DNA of 64,000 nucleotides from Nageia nagi (taxonomy: Eukaryota; Plantae; Pinophyta). Shown here piece after piece: positions 1 to 13,984 of the stretch. The notes beneath the pieces were generated by a model that worked only from the letters and a program-made list of their open reading frames with translations, searched no databases and was not told the origin of the DNA. Numbering within the stretch: the first letter of the stretch is position 1; each line of letters opens with the position of its first letter. The position numbers were made by a program, and so were the translations under genes. The DNA lies in assembly GCA_050084985.1 (NCBI GenBank), contig JBITNC010000001.1:145576001-145640000 (forward strand). The letters run 5' to 3'.

Positions 1-18
1 AGAATGTATAGCTAATAA

Positions 19-3000
19 CTAGCTAGTGTTTAGGAAGTATGACCACTCTTAGCTTGGTCCTTAGGTACTCAAAAGTGAATTTTAGTAGAGGATTAGTGAA
101 AATGTTAGCCACTTACTCTGAGGTAAGTAGAAATTCCAATTTGACTCCTCCTTTAGTAACTTTTTCCTTTAAAAAATGATACTAGATGATAATGTGCTTG
201 GTTTTTGAGCTCATAATTGGATTTTTGGATAGATGTATGGGTAATGTGTTATCAAAAAATAAGGGAATGGGATCAATACATATTATGCCAAGATATTTCA
301 AGAGTTGTTTCATCCATAACATTTGTATGCAACAAGATGCAGCTACAATATGCTTTGCTTCTGTTGTTGATAGGGATATTGATTCTTATTTCTTGCTATG
401 CTAAGAGACTAGATTTTGAACAAGATAGAATGCTCCACCACTAGTACTCTTTCTATCATCCACACACCCAACCCAATCAACATCTAAGTAACCAAATAAT
501 GTGAAGTCCATACATTTGGGGTACCACAAGCCAAACTTCATGGTTCCTTTCAAATACTTTAAGATTCTCTTCAAAACTTGCACATGTACCTCCTTTGGAT
601 CAACTTAAAATCTAGAAATCAAGCAAATAACTTGCATTATGTACAATTCTATAGCAGCTAAGTATAGAAAGATACCAATCATGGATTTATATAGGGTGTG
701 ATCAACATTGGGTGAAGTTTCCAATTTGCTCTATTTACAACTGGTTGTCATGGGAGTGGTCATGATTTTATTTTCCTCTATATTGAATTTATTTAACATG
801 TATTTAACATAATTGACTTGAGAGATAAAAATTCCATTTTATTGTTGATTTACTTGTAGGTTAAGGAAATAAGAAAGCTCACCCATCATAGATGTTTCAA
901 ACTCCTTCATCTTGTTTTCAAAATCATTGCATAAGTCATTCTTGTTGCTGCCAAAAATGATATCATCAACATAAACAACAATGATTATGAAGTTTCTAGT
1001 TTCATATTTCACATATAAATTATTGTCAACTATCCCTTGTTTGAACCCTTGTTTCAAGAGGTACTTGTCTTGTCTGGCATACTAATCTCTATGTGCTTTT
1101 TTTAGTCCATACATGGCCTTCTCCAATTTGCATACTATATTGGGATCCTCCCCCTACTAGAATCCATTTGGCTATCCTATGTAAACCTTTTCTTATAAAA
1201 ACACATTTAAAAATGCAATTTTACACATCCATTTGAAATATTCTAAAATTTTTGTATCCAACTAAGGCTAGAAATATTCTAATGGTTTCAAGTTTAGCTA
1301 CGAGTGCAAAAGTCTCATCAAAGTCAATATCTTGTATTTGAACATATCTTTTACATACCAGGCTTGCCTTATTTTTGATAACTTTTCTTTCTTTATTCAA
1401 CTTGTTCTTGAAGATTTATTTTGTGCCAATTACATTCTTGTTTGTAGGCTTAGGTATAAGCTCCCATGTGTCACTCTTCTTAATCTAATTTAGTTCCTCT
1501 TCCATGTATTTTACCTAATGCTCATCTTGATAAGATTCCATCATAATTTTTGGCTTAATGTGAGATAACAAAGAGTAATTTGTATGCTCTTATGCTTGTG
1601 CAATTCTTCTTCTAGTTTGAACACTTGTTCTAATATCCCCTATAATATACTCTTTAGGATGCTTTGTTTGCATATACCTTGTAAGTGTCTTTAGAGTGGC
1701 TAGAGTAGATGGAGAGGTTGAAGCAGATGGAGTGGTTGGTGGTGATTGCTCTTCTTCCATTCTTTATATTCATCTCCTCCAATTATTTCCTCATAAGTGG
1801 GGTAATTAGCTTATTTTTAGCTAATAAGTCTATACCTTCATCCACTTTCACATCAATAGTTTGAACTATTTTTCCAAGCCTTTTGTTATAGCATCTATAT
1901 GCCTTGATTTTGGATAAATATCCAAGAAATTTACCTTCATTTGTTCTATCATCAAATTTGCCAATATTATTTTCAATCTTCTTGATGTCACACTTGTTGA
2001 TAAAGATCTTGAAATGCTTAAGGTGTCTTATTTTCATTTTGACTAAGCATGCACCTATTTTGAATATATAGAGTTGCATGTATTACCTCTTTCCATAATA
2101 AATAAACTATTTTGCTATTAGTAATCATAGTTTTGACCATTTCTTGCGTAGTTCTATTCCTCCTCTAAACTATGATATTATGTTATAGGGTTCTTGGAGT
2201 TGAGAATGATCTTTTAATGCCATGTTTCTCACAAAACTCAACAAACTCTTTTGAGATGAACTCTCCTTCTCTATCTAATCTCAAGCATTTGATTCTTTTG
2301 CTAGTCTGGTTATAAACTATGCTTTTCAATATTTTAAACATATCAAAGGCTTATGATTTATGTTTTAATAATTAAACCCAAATCATTCTAGTATAGTCAT
2401 TAATGCAAAACATAAAATACCTATGACCATTTATACTTGATATTCTAGTAGGCCCACATAAATCAATATGCACAAGTTCAAGAGGTTTCTTAGTATAATA
2501 ACCTTTACCTTGAAGGAAGGTCTAGCTTGCTTACCCTAAATTAGAATGAGGAGTAAATGTGTCCAAAAGGATTTGAAATGGAGATTATGTCTCTCACTAT
2601 CTTTATTGAGCTGATCTTTTCAAAATTATCAAAGTTGATGTGCCCAAGTATCTTGTACCATAGTTAACTTGTATCGTCATGGTTCATAATGCAAGAGTCT
2701 TTAGTATTCTCCACAAGAGTATAAATATATCCAAATGTTCTTGTACCATGAACAACTTTATTTTTCCACTTCTTACTCTTCTAACTTCACAACCATCCTT
2801 TTTGAAAATAACATCATTGTCTCTATCACAAATTTGGTTGAAACTTAGCAGATTGTATTTAAAGTGAATAATAAAGAGAATTTCTTTAGTCTTGAATTTG
2901 CCATATCCTAATCTTACTATGCCTTTTCCAATTATCTTAGCTCTATCATTATTTCTAAACTTGATTGAACCACCATCATATTGTTGCAACTCCTCAAAGC

Positions 3001-5051
3001 TTTTTTTTTGTTACCTATCATATGTTTGGAGTAGCCACTATCAAGAATCCATTGCTTAGTATTGCTTTGAGCTTGTAGGATAGTTTATATAATAAGAGAT
3101 TTATTGATATTTATTCTATTTTCTTTTCATACTTGCTTTAGCTTGGTTATATAATCATTATTATTTTTTTTCAAGAGGGCATCATCTCCATCTATATAAC
3201 TTTTTTGCATTTTGTACTTCTTACCATAATGTTGGTTCAATTGGTGAGGGTTTCTAAATTGAATTATATAAAACTTTGCTATGTGGTCAAGATTATAATA
3301 TTTGTAGCAATCCACCATGTTTTCCATTAAGGAAGAAAATATATTTTGATGTATGAAATTAGGTAGCTTGATATTCATTCTACAATCAACAATTTTGTAT
3401 CCAACTTGATTGCACTTGTACTAGTACCCAAAGAAAGCACTTATAAAGCCTAAATAGAGACTATTCATCCTTATTATATGATATTGAGAACTATAAGATC
3501 CTATTATCCTTCTCATTTGCTAACTAGATCTTGTAAATTTGACATAAATATCTCTTTGTTTGTTTATGGGTTAGTTGGTAGGCATTTCCTATTCATGCTT
3601 TGTTTGGGAGGATTTGTGATTAGTTACAAATTCTTCATCATTTGTAGACTTTGAAGAGCTTCTAGGTTCAAAATCTAGACCAAATTTGATCATTAGATAT
3701 CTTTGTGCATTCATAACCTTATTTAGTTAATTTGACCTCTTTTAAAACTTGTAGCTTGCTTCAACTTGAGTGGATAGTTTATCAATTTCTATTCTCAAAT
3801 TGACTATTTTGTATTTAAGCTTGTGACATGCATCAATTCTATCTATCAGTTGAAATTGCAATGATTCTTCAATCACCTTGGCTTTGATTACTTGACTGCA
3901 TAGATATTCAATTCTAGGTGTGGAGTCTTTTAGATTCCTTGAAAGTTTTTTTATTCTAGATCCTTTCAAGGTCCAATTCATCTAGAGAAGATATTAGTCC
4001 TCCTTCTAAGTCAACTTCAACATCTTCACCTTCACCTTCATCTTTAGATTTCTTTTCCTCTTCTTGTGCCATGAATAAGAATTCATTATTATCATCCTCA
4101 GACTAAAACTATCACTATGTGTTTCTTCTATTTCTTAAGATATGAAACTTTTGTTATTGTATTTATCTATCTTGAAGTTCTTAGCCTTGCTTTTTTACCG
4201 ATCATTAGCATACTTTCTAGAGTTATCATTGCTTTGTTTGTATGGATATTTGGAAGAAATATGACCAACTTCATCACAACTAAAACATTTGAAGGGAGAA
4301 TTAACTTTGTATTTTCCTTATCCTCTTTTGAGCTTCCAGACAAGGTTTGATTCCTCCATATCTGATGCTTCATCTTCATTTGAATATTCTTTTAACTTAG
4401 TACTCTTAGGGGCTTTGAAAATAACTTTTTTTTCACTAGTCTTGCCTTAACAATCCTCATCTTATAGGTAGTTAGAAAGCCATGCATTTCATCTAATGTA
4501 AAGGTATTCAAATCCTTTTCTTCTTCAATAGTTGAGACTTTGGCATCAAATCTAGATAGTAATGATATTAGGATCTTTTTTACAATCACCTTATCTTTAA
4601 TCTTTTCACCTATGCCTCCAATGAAATTGACAATTTTATTCACTTTAAGCATGTAAGATACAATTTCCTCTTCATCATTCATGTTTAGCTCCTCAAATTG
4701 AGATATAAAGGTTTGCAACTTATCTTCCTTTATATTATGATCACCTTCATGGATACTCTACAATTTGTCCCACATATCTTTAGAAAACTTACATCCCATG
4801 TTCTTTACCATCTCACTATCAACTAGGCCATACATGATAGCAATTTTAACCTTGGAATTATTTTCATAGAGCTTCTTTTTAGCTAGATCTATTGGAGGTG
4901 TGGATGGTGTTGTATACCCATTTCCAATAGCCTCTCAAATGTCATAACCAATGTTATTGAAATATGTTTGCATCCAAAGTCTCTAAAAGGAATAGTTTCT
5001 TCCATCAAAGAGTGGTGCTCTATTTGAAGATAAGCCTTCTCCACTAGCCAT
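19..5051 (-). pseudogene. Copia gag-pol polyprotein, many stops and frameshifts
   Basis: Gag start MASGEGLSSNRAPLFDGRNY at 5051. Protease WILDSGYSKHM ~3020-3050. Integrase ~1900-2660. RT VYVDDIIFGS ~950-980. RNase H 'GYLDVDWVGCVDDRKSTSGG' ~430-490 and 'VANIFTNPL' ~90-115. Confidence 0.92.
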
Positions 5052-5102
5052 TGTGTCACTTCTTGGATCTCCTTTATCAATTATAATTAAACAAGGAACC
5101 TT

Positions 5103-5114
5103 GATTTGATACGA
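5103..5114 (-). promoter_or_regulatory. Degenerate tRNA-iMet primer-binding site
   Basis: Plus strand GATTTGATACGA resembles GCTCTGATACCA; it lies 2 nt from the LTR end and just upstream of gag. Confidence 0.7.
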
Positions 5115-5116
5115 AT

Positions 5117-5988
5117 TATTGGACTAGAAATGACATTGAGAGGGGGGGTGAATCAACATGCAATTAAAACTTGAAGTTAATAACTAAATGCAATATTGAA
5201 AAAAATTCAAACACTTAAGAGAAATACATGAAAAAATATTTAATGAGGTTCACCATCTTGGCTACATCCATGTGAAAATGCTACTTAGATCATGGTCCAA
5301 ATCTAGATCAAAAGTAAAGCACCCACTTCACAAAGATTTACTAGAATCCACTCGATGGAGCACCAACTCTAGATTTTGTAGCACCCACCATGAGAAGCAC
5401 CAACCCCTTTGGCCAAGCACAAACTTCATGAATTACAAAAGAAAATGATTTTGGAAAACTTGGAAACTCTATACCAAATACCTTCAATGATCTAGTTCAG
5501 CAATATCCACACTCCTGACTATCTTTTTTTGAATCATCTTCATATCTTCATAGCCATACTATTGCTCTTTTTTCCATTTGAAACTATTTAACACTTATAA
5601 TATCCTTTTTATCTCAATAGAAAGATGTACACCATTCTACTAATAATCTTGCATATCTTATTATCTCTACAAATCCATACTCTTTGCTTAGCATACACTT
5701 CTATCACCTCATTCTACCTTCAAACTCCTTTTCAACATCCTTCCCTCAACAACAACAATAATCTTACAAATCTCAACTATTTTTTATTTGGCTATGCTCA
5801 AAATTGTTTTGATTAGCTATAGTTTATGTTAAATTTTCTCAATCATAATTTTTATATTTACACTCTTAAAATAATCACCACTCCTTAGTTCTATTTAGAA
5901 TACACTTAACTCCATTTTCTATATCATCCATAAACCACTCTTGAATAATAAAACCAATTATGATGGTCATATGGTTACAACCTCAACA
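5117..5988 (-). repeat. 5' LTR of the copia element (right end uncertain)
   Basis: Begins TATTGG (from TGTTGG) next to the PBS and contains GAGAGGGGGGGTGAATC near the terminus. There is no partner LTR in the window to confirm its length. Confidence 0.55.
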
Positions 5989-6218
5989 CTTTTAGTTACA
6001 AAAATAATGAACACATGAGAATATCATACATTGTAGCTACTATAACTATTTCTATAGGCATGCAAATGTAATAAAACCTCCACCATTGGATATATTATTT
6101 CTTGTAGATATGAATTGAGTGGTCGTACAATCTCTTTTGCATAAAAAATGAGCATTTGGTAGCCATTTTCATAACTAATATAGAAAAATGATAATCATAA
6201 ATACCCATAATGTATAAA

Positions 6219-6500
6219 GGGATAATTACACTTAATTTATCCTATGCACATTTTACTTTGGGCTAATCACACTTAGTTTATCCTCTTCACATTTTGACTT
6301 TGTTAATGGTTGACAAGCTTCCTTGATGCCTAACTAAGTGTGGGATAATCGAACTTTATATATCTTGCATATTTTTTCTCATAAATATACTTTATTTTGA
6401 TCCTTTAAAAAGGTTTATGATTCCCAACTAACCCTTTTGATGCCCAACTAATTTTTTTCATGCTTGACTAATATTTTTCATGCCCAACTAACATTTTTAA
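6219..6500. repeat. Short tandem repeats (41-bp x2 at 6219-6301; 20-bp TGCCCAACTAA-core x4 at 6420-6500), possible DNA-transposon subterminal region
   Basis: The repeats are directly visible. The transposon interpretation is inference only. Confidence 0.6.
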
Positions 6501-6889
6501 CCTATTTTAGTAGACTACTTTGTTTGATGGGCAATTTTTCAACAAAGGTAGGCATGCATATACTTGTTGGAAAGATTATTTCAAGAAATATTCAATAAAT
6601 AAGAAATAAAATTAATTTTAAGAATATAATAATATTTTCAGATATCCAAAGATTACTAATCCATTTTTATGAAAAATCTTACCAACATAATTCCACTTTA
6701 CATCATCAGACATCACCTTGCATTATTAGATATTATCTCAAGCATCATCTTTCATTATTGACCTTCATCTTATATTTTAAGAAATCATATTTCATTTTAT
6801 TTTATTTAATTGATATGCTACATTTTATTCTAAATGCATCCATGTTCTATTGCTTTTTGTTTTGAATACTTATTTTGCTACAATTCATT

Positions 6890-7105
6890 TTCTTTAACTA
6901 TTCTGTTGCATTTTGTTATGTTTAACTATTCTACTATTACATTTTATTCTATATTCTCTTTGTATTGAATGATACTATGTTTTATTATATTTAATAGTTC
7001 TATTGTCACATTTTTTTCTATAATCTCTTTGTGTTTATAGCTATTGAATTTTATTCTGTTTAATAGTTCTGTTGTTACATTTTGTTATGTAATTTCTTTG
7101 TGTTA
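6890..7105. repeat. Degenerate AT-rich minisatellite (TTAA(C/T)(T/A)(A/G)TTCT(G/A)TTG..ACATTTT core)
   Basis: The core recurs at ~6894, 6922, 6991 and 7060. Confidence 0.55.
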
Positions 7106-9356
7106 ATAATAATGATAACTTCTCTCAATAATAATGATCATCCTTTTACAAATATTTTATAAATAGAAATGATGATATTATAAATAATTTCCATGTAAGC
7201 ATGAATCTAACATCCAAACATGAAATACCATAAAAAAATTCAAGAAAATCCTTTGATTCTATTCAACAAAAACCAAAATATGAAATATAACATTACAACA
7301 AAATTAGAAGCATTGAATCAAAATTAAAAAAATTAAATTAAGAATATTCAAACCAATAAAGTATCAAAAAATTTAAAATTTTGAAAAACATCACCAAAAA
7401 AGGATCAATATAGATCCTATTTGGTCTACCATCTGTCCTTTTCTTGAAAGAAAAATAAATCAAATTTGCAAGAAAGCCATGAGATCTGTAGAGTAGTTTA
7501 GAAATGGGTATAATATATAAAACTATTACAAGTAAGAGATATGTATGTTATTATTCTTATCTTTTTATATGATTTTCATATATTTACAAAATAAAAATAT
7601 GTGTAACAAGTATTTCATATGTGTGATAAAGATAAATAAAATGAGCTTTGGACTTGGCTTATGTTCCAAGGTATATCTCAGTTATGGGGTGCCAAATAGA
7701 ACATTTGTATTTCATGCTAAGGATTTTTATCAAATGTTCATGTATTTTGTGCTAAATAGAACATTGGTATTTTATATTGAAGCATATAAAAGATATTAGT
7801 TCATTCCTATTCTCATCAACAATCTAAGAAAGTTTCAACTATAGGGCGCCAAATGGAATGTTGGCATTTTGTGTGGAAATAAAGAAACAAGGAAGCAAAT
7901 ATCTTACAATCAAATATGATTTTGTGAAAGAAACTTCTAACACTAAGAAAATCCCCCAAAATTTTCTTGGAAAGGTGATTTTGGGAGTCCATGTGTACAA
8001 AAAGAGGCCCTCTATTATTACTCTTTTTACAAAGAAGCATGTCTATGTTTTGGAGAGTGGCCATCTTAGGAGTCCATGAGATCATTTTCATCTTCATACA
8101 AGGTTGTTTTATAGAAAAAAGTACAAAAATAAGGTATAATGAGTTTTTTTTTATATCAATATTGATGAGATATATCATGTGAACAAAAATATAGATAGAG
8201 TCATCAATGACCTTCATCGATAGATCAATGTACTTCATATAATAAAAAACACTGGGGAATTTATATTGATGACTCATTTGGGTAGATAATTATGTTGCTA
8301 TTATTAGCCATTATATCATGCTTATATCAATATTTATTATTTTATTAACAATGATAAAAAATATCTATAAGTATGATAAGAAATATGAGCTAACATGTAA
8401 TTACATGCATGATAAAATAATAACTATTGAGTGACCATTGGTATTTTAGATAAAGCTTCATATTGCAGGTTATTTTTACCTTGGATCCTTATTTCTTTCC
8501 TTGATTTGAAAAACATCCAATTCAAAAAGAGGGCATGGAGTGGGCGATCACTATCATATAAATTTAGGGAAGTTTTTCATGTTTTACTTTGGAATACATA
8601 ATTTTTAAATATAAGTATTTTTCAATTATACTTCCAAAGTGGGGCAAATATATTTACATAAATTTAATTTATGTAATTTATTAAATAAATAAATAACAAT
8701 TGTCAAGTTACTTGGTGTTATTTCATTAATATAAATACAATAATGGAATAATATCTATGTTGTTTGGAGGTAACGTGAGACTCAAGGTATTGGTTACATC
8801 ATCAAGTTCCCTATATAACCAAGATCTAGATAAGTCTACTATCAAGATAAATTTGGATAAACATATTTTGAGCTTAATAGTGGTATATTCCCCTTTAGGT
8901 GTTTCTTAATGCCACCTTATCAAGATTAGAATTTGGATACTCTAACTATGTTACACAAGTTATCTTACTGTTATTATGCATAATTTGACATCCTTGAAAT
9001 CTTGCAAAGGTGATAACCTTAATTTGGGATTTGAATATATCTAAAATAAGATCGATAATAATCCATTAGAGAATCGAAGATGATGCACTCTAATTTGGGA
9101 GGATTGATAATGATCCTTTTCTAAAGAATATACAAAGTATTATTTTTTTGATATCTTCATTAGGTTATCCTTCATCAACATTTTGCTTCCTTCCATTCCT
9201 AATAGGTAAGTATATGAATCTCCATCTTGATAGGCATTAGCTTTTTCCTCCTTGAAAACCATTTACTTATGTTATTAGGGCATTTTGATCATTGAAGGCT
9301 TAGGGATTTTTTTTTACTATGTAATTAATCCAATTACCTTTTCCCAAAACTACAAC

Positions 9357-12300
9357 TACCCCTTTGATATAACCCATCATTAAGATATGGTTTACTAGCC
9401 TTCCCATATCTATTAGCAAGACCTACCATTTACCTAGTATCCTCATGCCCATATCTCAAGGGACCATAAACTAGATATAACAACATTCATACTATACATA
9501 TCTTAGATATCCAATTTAGTATAAATCATTTTCTTATATATATTGAAAATATATCTACCCTAAATATGAAAGATACAATCGATAATGAGTCAATCACCAG
9601 TTTTCTATATTAATTAATAATTTCTTAACTCTAAGCAATTAGGATGTTCCTAAAATCTAGGAATGCATTATGAATAAACAAAGAAACTATTATAATACAA
9701 TTAAACTTGTAAATATATCATTTATCATTTCCATAGTTCCATGAAATATTTTCATAAATAATTCCAATGTATTTTGAAAATATAAACAAATCAATTTAAT
9801 AATTATTGCAATAAAGAAAATAAAATATATTCAAGAAAATGAAATAAAATTGAACAATATATTTCCAAATGCTATATGTGTAATTATCCCATATGCATTT
9901 TGAAGAATAAATAAGATAAGTTTATAATATATCAAACATGAACAAGAAGAAACCAAGAGACTTATTGATATGATCCATGCATTCTTTTAGGTAGGAAGGG
10001 TGAAGGATAGTTGCTCTTGACTTCTCTTTTAAATAAATACTAGTTTTTTCATCATTCAAAAGTGTCTATTTTCATTTCATCTCTTTCAATCATTCATTAT
10101 GTTTGGATTAAATTTTTTACATTTTTTTAATATTCCTCTCATGTTACATTTATAATATTATCAACACTATAAGAATATTTGATACCTAACTTGGAATGTA
10201 AACTTTATATATTAATTGGTTTTTTATTCTTTATTTTAAAAGATATATTTCAATATTTACCAACCTCTATCCATTTATAAGATAATTTAATTGAAGGTAT
10301 TTATTACCTATAATACATCTTTATACTTTATAATTTACCTTTGAAATCTTTTCCATTTATTTTATAACTTGTTTTGCAATATAAGCTATTGGCATATTAT
10401 AAATTGTTGTTGGAGTTATATTTTATACTTCCATTAGCATGCCTAGATTACAACTGGGTCCATTTTTAATAATCTGTCATGTTCGATATCCAATTTCCAC
10501 CTTCATTTAGTTATATTATTATTCATATCAAGTTTCAAAAGGGGATAACTTAACAAATATATTAACTAATATCAAATCATACATTCAATTGTTCCTGATA
10601 TATCCTTTATTTTGTACACTTGCAAGTTCATATTACTATGTTGTATATTTTGAAGATAAATATCTTATGAATTAATGTCAAACATTTATTTATTTATCCC
10701 ATTTAAGCTACAAGCTTCGGTAATATCTCTATTTTAGTTTTACCATTCATTTAAATTTCTACCTTACATATCAAGTCCTAATATTACATTGCACATATCA
10801 ATAATAAGATAATACTTTTTATTCCATGTTCAATATTAGAATATCTAACCAAATATCTTACCACAAATTGACCTTAATAAATTTTACTTTATTTTAACCT
10901 TAAGGATATCTAAGAAATAATTTCCATAAATTGTACATACAAGGGTAATTGATTTATAAAAGATCACTCTGTAAGGTTTACAAATACAAATGATATTTTT
11001 CTATCAAAACTATAATTTGTCAAAAGAATAAATAATAGTACATCAAAGATATTATTTAGTATTCAAGTTATCTTAATGGATCCTTTCTCTCTTTCACTTA
11101 TTCAATTATGAAACACAAGGAGTTGTTGGTCAAAGATACAAGAAAGTATCTTGGAAAATATGAGGATTAGAAAACTCTTTTCAATGACATGCATATAATC
11201 CTATATGCTCATTTCTTAAATCATACATTTCTACTCATATTATCAATGCATCCATCACATATACATTGATAATCATGCTATCAATGAAAATACTATGTCC
11301 ATTCATATAATCCATTCTAGATCTTGAGGAGGTCATAGTAAAATTAATGACTACCCCTATTCATTGATCATGAAATTTCATCATTAACAATATGCTAATT
11401 AATTTATAAAAGTTAAATATTACTCTCTAATTAAGAACATGTATAAAAGTAATAATTCCTAAGCTTCTTAAATAATCATAAGTTTTAAGTTTTATGCTCA
11501 AGAACTTTAAGGGATAATTTAAACATCATATATCATAATTGTCAAAATACTCTAAATTATTCTTCAAAATACTTCAATAATGAAAATATTCAAAAATACT
11601 TCATTTTTAAAATAATTTAATTTAGTATCTACAATTATTTCATAAATTTGTGATTTACTTAGCATTATTGTTTTTATACAAACATGGGTTATGAAATCCA
11701 AATAAAATATTTATATTATGTCCCTTTATGCATTCTCTCTCTTTAAATATATTTATTTATAAAGCATACATAATATATTATATCAATAGTATTATAATAT
11801 TAACATTTTTGTTAAAAGAAAATATATATAAACATTAAGTGTAAAACCCAAGTTATAAAATCTTTGTCCAATGTAGGAGCTCATTTAATTATAAGAATTA
11901 TGTATCCAAATATCTAATTATAAGCAAAATGTTGAAGGATACACCATGTAAAGATGTTATTTTGTAAACCAACTAGCACATATATAGTTTTATGGATTTA
12001 ATATATATTGAATATACAAGGTAGTGTAAGCATAATGAGTTGAAATAACCTACGGATTGTTTAATGTACTCTCCCTACAAAACATAATCACATAGACTTT
12101 AGTAGACTGATATAATCTTATTATACCAATACATAGTATGAATTAGATCCAAAAAATAGTTTGATAACTATCCCTTCACATCATAAATGGGTACCTTGAA
12201 GAAAACTATAGATTATTTGATAAAATAGTATAGGCTCATAATGCAATTTCATGTATTGCATAACAATGATACACATTAGAGTCTACAATCAATTGTAACG

Positions 12301-13900
12301 TCACAAAAAGTAGTAACAAATAGGTATTCTAAAGTGTTTCTTCAATAGATGAAATAAAAACTCAATACAAGTTAAACATGATGAAATACAAATGAATTTA
12401 AAAGAAAAAGGATATCATTAAAAGTACAAATCTTGTAGACTACTTGATATATATATTGAAAATATAGCTATAAATGTAGATAGAACTTTATAAGTCTTTC
12501 ATAAGGGAGACAATCCTACAAAATGCACGCACTCATATGAATGTAAGAAGTGGATTGTGGAATTCATTTTTGCACTACCTTAGAGTTTTAAGAGAGTGAT
12601 ATTCATAACAATATAGAGACATATACCCACCTTTTTAGAGTTATATAAGATTAATATTCATAATAATATAAAGATTATTAGTTTTCTAGATAACTAGTGA
12701 ATTTGTAAGATTATGAAATTTTGGGTAACCATTGATTTTTATAGGATACAAATAGTCTCCATATAATTATAACCCATTTATCTAAAAATATATATTACAG
12801 AGAAAAAATGAACTTGAATCATTTTAAGAATATTCACGCTCCCAAAGCCATAGGATAGGTATAAGGTTTAAAATTTTGACTCAAGACTTGTAAAGGACCT
12901 ATCTATTTCTCAAACATTCCTATAGGTAAAACATGTTACCTACCATAAGATATAATAAATTATTACTTATAACAAACAAGGAGAAGGTCAACCTAGGATA
13001 AGTTGATAGTGTTGGCTAGCTTTTCCTATTGGCTCTTCTCCTAAAATTATTTCAAAAGGATGGAGTATTGTTGTGTATTTATATCTTCCCAAGGCATCCT
13101 TTAAATAATTAAAAATATTGGATTAGAGGCTAAATGTATAACTATTTCATAGTCTTTCTTAAAATCATATTTATTTTTGTTTAGAGGGTAAGGTATAGAA
13201 GACATATGGGGTTCCTTATTTTTAATTATTTGTTTGTATCTTAGCATTTGGCTAAATACTTAAAATAGTTCTCTTGAATTTAAGCCTACTAATAAAGTAA
13301 CAATAATTGTAGGTAAAAATCACAAGTAATGATTTTTCTTACTAAGATATAAATTTGTTTATTTTCACCTTCTAGTTATAGATTTTTAAATAAATTATTT
13401 TTCTATAACATATAGTTTTCTAAGGTATCAATTAATTTTCCATATTAGGTATCTAAAAATTTTCAATAAATCAAAACCCACATTAATAAATGCACATTAT
13501 CACATTTTCCAAATAAATATTAAATCTCATTTTACCTTAGAGAGATTCTTGTAGGTAAAATATTAATGCAAACACACACTTAATAGGGGTCATTAATCAA
13601 TAATGCAAATTTATGATTTACTTATTTCCCTTTGGGATATCATCAACATATCGACCAATAATCTCCTCTTTCATACTTTTATTTTCTAGTAACCAAGTCT
13701 TCCTTAGTTCACTTATCTATTACAATATAAAAACACTTGAAGCTAGAATCAAATTCCATAAAATCATATTATATATAATGATTTAAATTACATAAATAAT
13801 TCAAATGCATGATAAGTCCATAGTAATGCATTGCCACACTAAATAAAAATAAAAGCACATATAACATCTTATTAAATACAAAAGGGATGGGGTCATTACA
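9357..13900 (-). repeat. 3' LTR of the host chromovirus (left end unresolved)
   Basis: Starts TGTAATGACC on the minus strand at 13900, immediately after the PPT. Its left part matches 30227-31052. Confidence 0.7.
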
Positions 13901-13912
13901 TACTCCCCCTTA
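13901..13912 (-). promoter_or_regulatory. Polypurine tract of the host chromovirus
   Basis: Minus strand TAAGGGGGAGTA directly precedes the LTR TG. Confidence 0.8.
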
Positions 13913-13984
13913 GCAATAACATAGTCCTCTATGTTTGAATGTACAATAAAATATTTAAACTTATGTAAATAAATAAAGAAATTA

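Larger units (their letters stand above)
1..5988 (-). mobile_element. Ty1/copia LTR retrotransposon (long-gag, SIRE-like), decayed; 3' end runs off the window
   Basis: Minus-strand domain order gag-PR-INT-RT-RH. Degenerate PBS at 5103-5114, LTR beginning at 5117. The right boundary (~5988, CCTCAACA) is tentative. Confidence 0.9.
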
